Source: Camelus dromedarius (taxonomy: Eukaryota). From it: a stretch of 64,000 bases of DNA. Each line of letters begins with the position of its first letter. The first letter of the stretch is position 1. Below are positions 27,186-38,181 of this stretch, one piece after another. The notes below the pieces were generated by a model that saw only the letters and a list, made by a program, of their open reading frames with translations, ran no database searches and was not told the DNA's origin. The translations under genes were made by a program, and so were the position numbers. Where the stretch lies: NCBI RefSeq assembly GCF_036321535.1, contig NC_087438.1, positions 12,030,001-12,094,000 on the forward strand. Reading direction: 5' to 3'.

Positions 27186-27864
27186 CAGGGGGGCTACGTA
27201 ATTTTCCAGGTCCAGTGCAAGGTGAAAAAGCAGAGACCCTGCTGGAGGCGGAGAAGTCATACCCCCTTCCCACCAGACTGCAGCCCCATCCACAACAAAG
27301 GGGAGATCCCCAAGACACTGCGGCCCCCGCTCTAGGGCACGTTTGGGACCTGGATCCGGGGCGGATGTGAGCCTCCTGCCCAGGCGTCACTCAGGGCACC
27401 GAGGCGCTGCCAGCTGGCACCAAGATGGAGCTCTGTGGCTATGGGCCATGTGACTGGGCAGGACCCTTCTCACACCTGTGCTCAGGCCCCAGCGAGGGGC
27501 GGATGGCCACAGCGGAACACAAGCCTCCCCTCACTGATGCAACATGGCCACTGCCCTGGGCAGAGGACTGGGGACAGTCATGCGGGGTGGGGTGGGGAGG
27601 AGGAGGCTGGGCAGGGCTGGCACCAAATGACTGGGAGGAGGTGGCATGAACTCCATCCTGGGGAGGAGGCCCTGTACGTGAGCTGAGGCCCTATGAGGCC
27701 AGCATATGCTTCATCGTCCTGTCAAAATTCACTTACAAAACACAAATCCAAAGATGAAAGTACTAAGAATTACAACCTCAGAGCATTAATGCGCAAGGGC
27801 AGGGCCTTCTGAGCACCAGGCTCCGTGCGACCGCGTAGGTCACACGCCCGTTTAGCCAGCTCTA
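27186..27864 (-). mobile_element. MER45-family hAT-Tip100 DNA transposon, both ends present
   Basis: Minus strand begins tagagctggctaaacgggcgtgtgacct...ctcagaaggccc...taatgctctg and ends ...ttgcactggacctggaaaattacgtagccccctg, resembling recalled MER45 termini. Possible decayed 8-bp TSD (ttctcagt/ctctcacc). Confidence 0.65.
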
Positions 27865-28239
27865 CTCTCACCGCATCCTGGAGGGGAGGTTCCCATCACA
27901 GGCACCAAGAAAGGTTTTTTCCTCCTTAAAGTCGTTTTTACTTCAATAGAAAGGCCACAGATCCTTGTCTTTCTCCAAATTAGCCCAGGAACCTGTGACT
28001 TCATCAACAAATCCTAGAAATGAGAACATTAAGAAGTACTACCAACCCCGAAGTCTCCAGCTTCCGTAAACATCCCTCTGCAGATGGGTGGACTTTTATA
28101 ACCAAATTAAAGCATCATTTCTGTTTACTAAAACAGTTACATGTACTTCTTTCAGCTCACTTAAGAAATGATATTTATCTGACAAAGGATAATCCAGATT
28201 TTGGAAACCAAGACTGGTAAACATGATACACAACAACTA

Positions 28240-28380
28240 GAACATACATATACATATTATGATAATATGCTATATATAAACATACGAAATATGTCAATTA
28301 TATGCTATATATAAACATATACCATTATATATAGGTATATAAGTTTTATAAGTATATAAGATCATATGCAGATAAGAATA
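28240..28380. repeat. AT-rich low-complexity tract
   Basis: Degenerate TA/CATA/TATG repeats immediately before the long L1. Confidence 0.7.
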
Positions 28381-28409
28381 CCCATTTGTCTTATAAAGAC
28401 ACTGTATGG

Positions 28410-31400
28410 GAAAGAAATAATCAAGATCAGGGAGGAAATAAATAAAATAGAGATTTAAAAAAATAGAAAAAAAATCAATAAAACCAGGAGCTGGTTTTTT
28501 GAAAAACTAAACAAAATCAACAAACCTCTGGCTCACCAAGAAGAAAAGTGAGAGGACCCAAAGAAACAAAATAAGAAATAAAAGAGGAGAAATTATAACC
28601 AATACCACAGAAATACAAAAAGCCATTAAGACAAGACTATGAACAACTATATGGCAACAAGTTGGACAACCTAGAAGAAATGGACAAATTTCTAGAAACA
28701 TACAGTTCACCAAAATTAAATCAAGAAGAAATAGATAATTTAAGCAGATGAACGGACTGATTATTAGAAGTGGAATAGAATCTGTAATTTAAAAAAAAAA
28801 AAAAAAAAAACCTCCCTGCAAACAAAAGTCCAGGATGAGTTGGCTTCACTGGGGAATTCTACCAAACATACAAAGAAGAATTTATACCAATCCTTCTCAA
28901 ACTCTTCCAAAAGACTGAAAAGGAGGGAACACTTTCAAACTAACTCTATGAAGCCACCATCACCCTGAAATGCAACCAGGCAAAGACACTACCAGAAAAG
29001 AAAATTACAGGCCAATATCTTTGATAAACAAAGATGCAAAAAACTCTCAACAAAATATTAGCAAACGGAATCCAACAGCACACAAAAAAGATCGTACACT
29101 GTGACCAAGTCTTATTCATCCCAAGGTCACAAGGATAGTCCAACATACACATATCAATCAATGTGATACATCACGTCAACAAAAGAAAGGACAAAAACCA
29201 CATGATTATTTCAAAAAATGCAGAAAAAGCATTTGATAAAATTCAACACCCATTTATGATAAAAACTCCTACCATACTGGGTATAGAGGAAACATATCTC
29301 AACATAATAAAAGCTATTTATGACAAACCCACAGCCAGCATAACGCTCAATGGTGAAAAGTTGAAAGCCTTCCAACTAAATTCTGGCACAAGACAAGGAT
29401 GCCCACTATCACCACTTCTATTCAACATAGTATTGAAAGTAGCCATAGCAATCAGACAAGAAAAAGAAATAAAAGGGATCCAAATTGGAAGGGAAGAGGT
29501 AAAACTGTCACTATATGCAGATGACATGATACTATTTGTAGAAAATCCTAAAGGCCCCACACAAAAACTACTAGAGTTGATAAACAAATTCAGTAAGATA
29601 GCAGGTTACAAGATTAACATACAAAAATCTGTTGCATCTGTTTACACTAACAATAAAATATCAGAAAAGGTAAGTTTAAAAAAAAAGTCCCTTTTAAAAT
29701 TGCATCAAAAAAAAAAAAAAACAAAAAAACAAAAAAACCTTAGGAATAAACCTGACCAAGGAGGTGAAAGCCTTACATGCAGAGAACTATAAAACACTGA
29801 TAAAGGGAATTAAAGATTATTTAAAGAAATTGAAAGATATCACCTGTTTTTGTATTGGAAGAATTGTTAAAATGGCCATACTACCCAAAGCAACCTACAG
29901 ATTCAATGAGATCCCTATCAAATTACCCAGGACATTTTTCACAGAACTAGAACAAATAATCCTCAAATATATATGGAATCACAAAAGACTCAGAATTGGA
30001 AAGCAATACTGAAGAAAAAGAAGGAAGCTAAAGGCATACCCCTCCCAGACTTCAGACAATACTGCAGAGCTACAGTCATCAAAACAGCATGGTACTGGCA
30101 CAAAAACAGACATATGGATCAATGGAACAGACTAGAGAGCCCAGAAAAAAACCCAAACATCTACAGTCAATTAATCTTCAACAAAAGAGGCAAGAATATA
30201 CAATGGAGAAAAGACAGTCTCTTCGGCAAGTGGTGTCAGGAAAGCTGGACAGCCACATGTATATCAATGAAGTTAGAACACTCCCTCATACCACACACAA
30301 AAATAAACTCAGAATGGCTTAAAGACTCAACATAAGACTTAAATATAATGCAGGACACCATAAATCTCCTAGAAGAAAACACAGGTAAAATATTCTCTAA
30401 CATAAACTGCAGCAATGTTTTCCTAGTCAGTCTACCAAGGCAATAGAAATAAAAGCAAAACTAAACAAATGGGACCTAATTAAACTTATACACTTTTGCA
30501 CAGCAAAGAAAACCATATGCAAAATGAAAAGACAACCTACAGACTGGGAGAAAATATTTGCAAACAATGCAACTGATAAGGGCCTAACTTCTAGAATATA
30601 CAAACAGCTCATACAATTCAATAACAAAAAAACAGACAACCCAATCAAAAGATGGGCAGTAGACTTAAACAGGCATTTCTCCAAAGACAGACAGACAGTT
30701 GGCCAAAAGGCACATGGAAAAATGCTTGATGTCACTAATTATCAGAGAAATGCAAATCAAAAGAACAATGAAGTATCACCTCACACTGGTCAGAATGGCC
30801 AACATTAAAAAGTCCACAAATAATAAATGGTGGAGTGGGTATGGAGAAAAGGGAACCCTCCTACACTGCTGGTGGGAATGTAATTTGGTGCAGTCACTAT
30901 GGAAAACAGTATGAAGATTCCTTAAAAAACTCAAAGTAGACTTATCATATGCTCCAGCAATCCCACTCCTGGGCATATATCCAGAGAAAACTCTAATGCA
31001 GAAGATACATGCATTCCAATGTTCACAGCAGCACTATTTACAACAGCCAAGACATGGAAACAACCTAAATGCCCATCAACAGATGAATGGATAAAGATGT
31101 GGTTTTTATATATACAATGGAATACTACTCAGCCATAAAAAAGAGTGAAACAATGCCATTTGCAGCAATACGGATGGACCTAGAGATTATCATACTAAGT
31201 GAAGTAAATCAGACAAAGGAAGATAAATAATATATCAGTTACATGTGGAATCTTTAAAAAATGACACAAATGAACTTATTTATGAAACAGAAACAGACTC
31301 ACAGACATAGAAAACAAACATGGTTACCAAAGGGAAAGGTGAGGGGCATAAACTAGGAGTCTGGGATTAGCAGATACAAACTACTGTACACAAAGTAGAG

Positions 31401-31590
31401 AAACAACAAAGTCTTACTGTAAAGCACAGGGAATTCTATTCAATAGCTTGTAATAACCTATAATGAAAAAATAGGAAAAGAATATAGATATAAATATAGA
31501 TATAGATATATATAACTGAATCACTATGCTGTACACCAGAAACTAACACAACATTGTAAATAACTATACTTCAACTAAAAAAAAAAAAAA
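28410..31590 (+). mobile_element. 5'-truncated LINE-1 (~3.2 kb), decayed ORF2 + 3' UTR + poly(A), antisense to RETREG1
   Basis: ORF-track fragments 29163-30914 give L1 ORF2 RT motifs ([35 protein letters not shown]) and the C-terminal region, broken by frameshifts and stops. Poly(A) at 31577-31590. Imperfect TSD aaagacactgtatgg (28395-28409) / aaagacattctgtgtgg (31588-31604). Confidence 0.96.
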
Positions 31591-33364
31591 GACATTCTGT
31601 GTGGTTTAGCTGCTATTGGAAAGGTAAAGTTCTGCAAATCACCATGGGCACTTTCTTTAACAAGCTGTGTCCAATTTCTAGATCCCAGGGTGATGACTGC
31701 TTTAAAAATACCACATTACCCAGCTGACTCATGTTCAGCTTGTGATAATTACAACACGGATGATTTCTGGCCATGTTTGCATGGCATCGTTTCTGATTCA
31801 TTTTTCTACTGGATAAGCTTTGTCTATTTGCTTTTTTCTAACTGCTTTTATTTCTTCTACACTTTCTTCTCTTATTCTCTGGGTCGGTTACATTATTTTG
31901 AATTTTAATCTAGTTTTCAAGTCACCAACTGCCACAGCCCACTTGGTATTGTTGGGATGGTTTATAGCACCTTCTCTCCCCTGTTATCTGGGTCAGCTAA
32001 GAAATTAGACCCAATCCACACACTCAGAGACGAAGGAGGGCGTAAAGAAAACAGGCAGGGGTCCAGAGAAAACCTGAAAGACTATAAGGGTCAACCCTCT
32101 CCTAAAGGTTAAAAAAAAAAAAAAGGGAGGGGACTAGGGAATGCCTGAATTATGTCCATTTTGGAATGCACTGTGATTTTAAATAGAAAAATTTCCTATC
32201 AAATTATGGCTTTGACTAATATCAAATTAGCCTGCATTTGCTGCCCATAAGCCACATACAGGAAAGTTGGGTCCTCAGTCTATGAAGATGATCAACAAGG
32301 AAAAAGACAGGCTGGAAACGAAATTCCACGCAGGTAACCCATCGTCTCAGCTTTCTGTGCATGAATCACTCAGGACCACAGCTCTTCCCTGTCCCTCTAC
32401 TGGTCTCCAGCACTCTGGACGCGTGTGGGGCTCTGGGGGTGCCTGCTCGGGCTCGGGACTGGAACAGTGGGGCCAGGCTGGCCAGAGCCTGAACAGGCCC
32501 TGGGCCATGTGGACAACTGACAAGATGGAAAAGGAGGTGGAGGCACCACAGCAACCTTCTGTGGAACTCCACTCAGCGGCTAACTACAAATCTCTAAAAA
32601 AAAATATTTTCGTTGTCTGTTCAATAAGGAAAATGTCACTAAATCTTCCATTACTTCATGAGGAGTTTTACGAGGCCAAATTAAATGGCTCGACAGGATA
32701 CATTTCTTATAAAGCAAAGAAAGGGACAGTTTACAAAAGCAAAGACTGAAAACTTCTTTGGTCGTAGATGAAAAGGACAATATTTAGTTCACCCCATGTG
32801 TAAAAACCTAACCCTCATTTCTGGGTAAAGCGTAATCCACTTTGTACTACGAAATGAATGGTGTCAACAGCTAAAATATACGTTTTTTTGTCTTCACAGA
32901 AAATCAGCCCGTGGACAAAAGCACTAGAACCATCCATAATTCTGATGCAGGAATTAATGTGCAGTATTTGCTTTGTAGCTCTTTCAAAACAGAGGTCTAA
33001 GAAGGAGGTTTCACGTTCCTTTACTGAAATATTTAGAACCACAGACTTTGCTACATGGAGTCCTTGGTGTACACTGGCTTTATTTAGTATTTTGGTGGCT
33101 TTAATCATAAAAGAAGGGCCTCCTATGATTTATCCAGCATGATTCAAAATACAGATCACATTTTACTGGAAAATAATTCTGTCATCTTCTCAAGAGTTAG
33201 GCATACTGGCATCCACCTTCCTTAATATCACAAAATTCTGAATCACCACTAAAGTTGGCTTTAATTTTTTTTTGGCCTTTTTAAATACAGATCCCACAAA
33301 AATACTGTCTGACGGTGTTATGTAAAATTAAACTACACGCCATTAAGGGGAAAAATAGCACTGC

Positions 33365-33478
33365 CAAATAAACTATGACCCTCCAAACTGTAAGATGCAT
33401 CCCAATTTCAAACTTGTTTAAAAGTGAAAGTACGTCAAGGAGAGGGCGGGATATATTTCTTAGAAATCAACAAAATAT
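33365..33478. mobile_element. Probable ancient TcMar-Tigger terminal fragment
   Basis: ctgtaagatgcatcccaatttcaaacttgtttaaaagtgaaa...cttagaaatcaacaaaata resembles old Tigger ends as recalled. Confidence 0.4.
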
Positions 33479-34063
33479 ATGGTTTTAAATAATTTGGAAA
33501 GAAGAGGGTAATCATGCAAAGGAGTGAGATAATGACTCGATTAATGGCAAGTCAGAGACTAAATTAAACTCAGGAGTCTTTTTCCCAGAGAAGTGCTTCT
33601 GTACTTGGGATGACCCAAAAAAAGTGAATGAAGAGCCAGAGAGGGAAGAAACATGAAGAAAAATAAAGAGGTGAGTTTCTTTGCACAGGGAGACGAGAAA
33701 TTTTGGGATCTACCCATAGGCTGGGGTAGACTGTAGCGATCAGAAAGGGTCCACTGCAGTGGAGGAGGGACTCGGACTGGCTCCCGCAGAAACCCGTGGT
33801 GATAATCCAGTGAATTCAGGGAATGTGCCCAGCTCAGCAAGGCCTGGTGGAGAAACCACAAGACAGTGGGGAGGCGCAGCGGGGAGTTTGTGTTCTTGAG
33901 CCTAGAGAGTGGGAGAAGCCAAGGGCATGGCTGGAGTAGAACCAAGTCCATTCGAGGTCAAGGCAAAGCGAAATCATGCCCACTCCACCCCAGCTCTGCC
34001 TTGGAATTGAGAAGAGCAGCAGGCATATCAAGTCAGGAGCGCCGGGCGGTGCAATGGGCTCGT

Positions 34064-34082
34064 TAGCGCCACCTAGTGTATG
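34064..34082 (-). promoter_or_regulatory. CTCF motif
   Basis: Minus strand CATACACTAGGTGGCGCTA, one mismatch to the core, in a small CpG-retaining patch. Confidence 0.5.
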
Positions 34083-34587
34083 GCGTCTGTCCATCCACCT
34101 TGCCTGGCACCTGTCCCAGGTGGTCACTGCACCTCAGAAGAGGCTGACTTCCAAGCAGGGTGGGTGAGTCACCCTGTACAGCCCATTTCAGCTGAGCTCC
34201 CAGTAAGTGAAATACTAACTCCCAGATTCAGTCACAGAAAGGAGCCAGAAGGAGAAAGGAGGTCAGATCAAAGTCATGCATTGCAACGGAGCACAGGAGA
34301 GTAGGAGGGACGAGGTGAAGGGCTGGGCACAGAGCAGGGACAGGGAAAGCCAGAAGCAGAGAGGGGGAAAAGAAATAAATATAAAGTCAGGCAGCAGCTG
34401 TCATGGCAGCCCACCTTGCTTACAGGGGTTTTTACGCAAATAACAATGAGATATTCCATGTATCGGCCCAGTGGCATCTGCAGAGTTTGAAACATGGCCT
34501 CAACTTGCACAGTGGGTGAGAAACACCTCCACGTCCTCCTCCTGATGCCTTACTATTTTCATCTCTAAAGTGGGCACTGGCTAGATA

Positions 34588-34745
34588 AGTGCTTCCCCAA
34601 ACTGACTGACCATCGGAATTACTCAGGACACTTTTTTTAAAACACCAATTCCTGGGCCCCACTCTGGACCTAGGAGAGCAGAAACCTTGAGGTGAGGCAC
34701 AGAAGTCTACATGTTCTGAGCCAGGAGAACACTGAACTGCAATGA
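34588..34745. mobile_element. MER5-like hAT fragment
   Basis: agtgcttccccaaact...catcggaattac...ttaaaacaccaattcctgggccccac...gagaacactg. Confidence 0.55.
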
Positions 34746-35061
34746 TCTCCCCAGGCATTTCCAATTCAAGCATTCTCGGAGTCCATAAACCGTATAACCA
34801 GAAGCAATGGCACACAACTGACCCAAATCCAAGCTGAACCTGGGGCCTCCTCCTTCATAAATAAGTAAATGCACACACTGGGTACAAGACACAGAGGCAG
34901 GGGTCGAAGAGGCTTCTAAGGAGATTAGCTCTTCTTAGTAGAGGGGGTGGGCCAGACACACAGCATTGAATTCAGAGAATCTTTATGGGCACATCCGAGA
35001 AAGAAATAAGCTGCAGAGTCATGAGGATTTTCTATGCTAGAAACTTTCACGTCTTCATCTC

Positions 35062-35321
35062 ATGTTGTTTATTGAAGTACAGTTGATTTACAGTATCATG
35101 TTAGTTTCAGGTGTACCGCAAAGTGATTCCATTATATACACTTTTTTCAGATTATTTCCCATTATAGGTTATTACAAGATACTGAACAGAGTTCCTTGTG
35201 TTGTACAGAAAATCCCTGTTGTGTAGCTGTTTCACATGTAGCAGTTTTACCTGTTAATCCCACACCCCTAATTTACCCCTCCCCCCCACTTTCCCCTTTG
35301 GTAACCGTGAGTCTGTTTTCT
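35062..35321 (-). mobile_element. Short L1 3'-end insertion with TSD
   Basis: ttgaagtacagttgatttaca...ttcccctttggtaaccgtgagtctgttttct. TSD acgtcttcatctc at 35049-35061 and 35322-35334. Confidence 0.88.
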
Positions 35322-36132
35322 ACGTCTTCATCTCCTTTAACGCTCCTGCACAACCCGATGAAGTTGGATATGTGGTAACTGTACGCTCATAAATAGACTA
35401 GGCTGGAGCAGTGTGCCTAAAACCACGCAGCCCGTATTGGAAAGAGTTGGGTCTTCTTGATTCCAAGTCCCCTGATCTACTTGCACACATTTATGGAATC
35501 CCTTGGCATCCCGCTTTAACCAACCAATCTAAAACACTGGAATGTTCTAGAGAGCAGAGCTGAAACAGCACCTGTCGCATGGGCGTCTGCCTCTTACATG
35601 TCCATTCAGCTGGGGTCACGCACCAGCTCATCTCCACATTCCATTCAAGACCCCAGTTCAGTCACCTGGCCCTGGCCAGGGTCCCAAAAAGGAATTCAGC
35701 CACCCTGCAGTACCGAGACCGACAGCAGTGCCACCATGTAGATGATCCTCTCCTTCCTCCCTCTCCAATCTCAAAACTTGAGAACACGAGGAACTGGACC
35801 CCAGCCCCGCAGCCTTCATGTGGCACCTGCCCCACCTTGGTTCTGTTCTGTTGGTCGGCCCGGTTCTCCAGGCCATCCCTACCCTGCCAAGGCTCTGCCT
35901 CCCTAGCTTCCAGCCAATCCCTTCCTAGAATGAATCTTGATCAGACCCTAGTAACACATTGTTCACAATCATGGTGACATACAGACGGGCCTCCTGGAAT
36001 GACCATTCCCTGTCAAGATTTCACACAGCCCAGACCCTCTCCCTCCCAGTCTGAGACCCCCACGTTCCAGAACTAGGACTGGGGCCAAGTGTCTGGACCA
36101 AAGTGTGCACTCCAAGGTCTACCTCTACGTCA

Positions 36133-36469
36133 GATACCGTGGTCTCTCTGATCTTAAGTAGCCTGTTTGTTCCAGTCCGCACAGTTTCTTCAGTTTATTC
36201 AGCTGTCTCAGCCTTGGTCCCTCTGCTCACCGAGTGCAGCGGCTGGAGAGAACGGCGGCTTTTCCAGCACGGGTAGGTAAGGGTGAACGAGCAGTTGGCC
36301 CTGCCCACCCCAAGGAGCTGAGGACCTACCTGTGCTGGAAAAGCCGCCATTCTCTCCGGCCGCTGCACTCGGTGAGCAGAGGGACCAAGGCTGAGACAGC
36401 TGAATAAACTGAAGAAACTGTGCGGACTGGAACAAACAGGCTACTTAAGATCAGAGAGACCACAGTATC
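36133..36469. repeat. Long near-perfect inverted repeat (146-bp arms, 45-bp spacer)
   Basis: 36133-36278 is the reverse complement of 36324-36469 with 4 mismatches (36138/36464, 36244/36358, 36253/36349, 36271/36331). 105 bp are uninterrupted. Confidence 0.97.
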
Positions 36470-38140
36470 CTGCGTTTACACATCGTCCTGATCTATCGAG
36501 GACTGGACAATAAGTCACATGGTCACCCTACGAAAGATTCAAACAAATACACGACACAGGGAAGCCCTGTCTAACTTGTTTCAAGTGTCCAAAATATCAA
36601 ACAGACCGAGCACTGAGTAATTCTGCCGTCCTGGGAGGGCCATTTATCAGATGGCCAGGATCAAGTGTCCTTTATCAGTGTCCTAAAGCCACTCTGGTCA
36701 GCGGGGCTGACCCAGGGTCACCCTGTCTATGAACACGCCCCTCCAAGAACATGGGTGAGCGCCTCCCCACACAAACATTCCCTTAACACCAGGGACACCA
36801 CATCCAGTAGTCATCCCAGGAAAACATCACCTGCTTTTCTTATTTGATGCCAAAATGTTCAAAAAGCCACAGAATATCCAGAACTGGATGTGGACTCTTT
36901 TTGTCACAGTTTCCACAGATACATTCAGGCGGCAGGACAGTGGTGACACACACGGGTGTCTGTCCCTATGAAAGGCAACACCGGACAGGTCATTCAAAGC
37001 TGGAGGTTATAATCCTGCTTGGTGTGGCTGCCCTGACCAACACAGGGTGGGAAATGTTTTCAAAGCCTGATCTTAAAAAGAAAAAAAGTGCGTGTGGCGT
37101 GTCCAGGCAATGTCCTTCTAATTGCTGGCAGGGGAGGGGAGAATGGAGGCTGAAACTCCCAGTGCTGGGGAGCCACGACCCTCGACACTCTGCCGCCAGA
37201 CCTGAGACCAGGACAAAGAGAAGCAAACATCCAGGCAGCAGCGTTCTGTGTCGGAGGCGCCTGCCCCGGGCCCACACGCCAGCGGCCACTGTCCAGCTGG
37301 ATTCTGATTGGCAGGGCCACCTCCGAGCCGGCGACTGTGTTGTACCATCCAGGCAGGAAAGCCTTTTCGGGTTCTTTCCCATGGGTCCAATTAGAAGAGA
37401 AAACAGAGGTGGAGATGGAAATATAAAGAGACGAGATGTCTGCGCAACAGGGCATGAAGCAGGAGAGAGGACCGGCAGCTGCTCCATGGGCCCCTGTCTT
37501 CAAAATTCCCCAGATTGTGTTTCTGGAACATTCCAAAGCGAGAGTAAACCTGGGATGAGAATGACTCTCTCTTCAGGGTCCCCCGCCTCCAGCCCCAGGT
37601 CCTGAGACCTCCAGGCTCCCGCAGCAGGGTGTGAGGGGCCGGCCAGAGTGTCCGCTCTCCGCTCAGACAGAGGGGTGGGACACGCCGGCAGGAGAGCTGC
37701 TCCCACTGGAACCATCCGTCCTGTTCAGGTGGACTAGTGGGACCTGCCCTCCGAGGTGCAAGCGAATTCACAAATCAGGCCTCCATCACCTATGAACGTA
37801 CTTTTATTTGAAATAATACTTCAGTGCCTTCTTGTGTTACATTTTGCAATTTTCAAAATAACTTTCAGTATATAGCACCAACAAGGAGTAAGAAAAAATG
37901 TAATAGGACATTTTTAAGTGGGAAATTGTGATTCTGAAAAGGAACCGCAGGGCAGGGCCAGTGGCCTGAGCACGTTCACGGCGGGGGCACCGCAGACGGG
38001 GGGTGGCGTGTCCACAGGCCTGACTGCTGCTCTTACTGCTCTTGACAGAGGGGCCAACTGAAGCTCAGAAAGATTAAGTCCCTTAACTGGGTTCATCTTG
38101 CTAGAAGCTAGCTCACCTCTAGTTCACCCCTCCTCCTTAG

Positions 38141-38141
<1 letters not shown>

Positions 38142-38179
<38 letters not shown>
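38142..38179. repeat. (CA)n microsatellite
   Basis: Uninterrupted CA run. Confidence 0.95.

Positions 38180-38181
<2 letters not shown>

Noticed and set aside
29163..30914. Reverse-transcriptase ORFs as an active or domesticated gene
   Set aside because: They are frameshifted fragments of a 5'-truncated L1 lacking promoter, ORF1 and the endonuclease domain.
32815..33142. Overlapping ~95-aa ORFs with a plus-strand acceptor-like tttttttgtcttcacag
   Set aside because: No recognisable protein and no clear matching donor. It could be an antisense noncoding exon, but the sequence alone does not support that.
36208..36435. 75-aa ORF across the inverted repeat
   Set aside because: It starts at a non-ATG codon and has no recognisable homology. 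It is a by-product of the palindrome.
36844..37605. 253-aa ORF (likewise 61185-61886 and 62486-63277)
   Set aside because: No recognisable domain or convincing splice context; consistent with chance ORFs in moderately GC-rich noncoding DNA.
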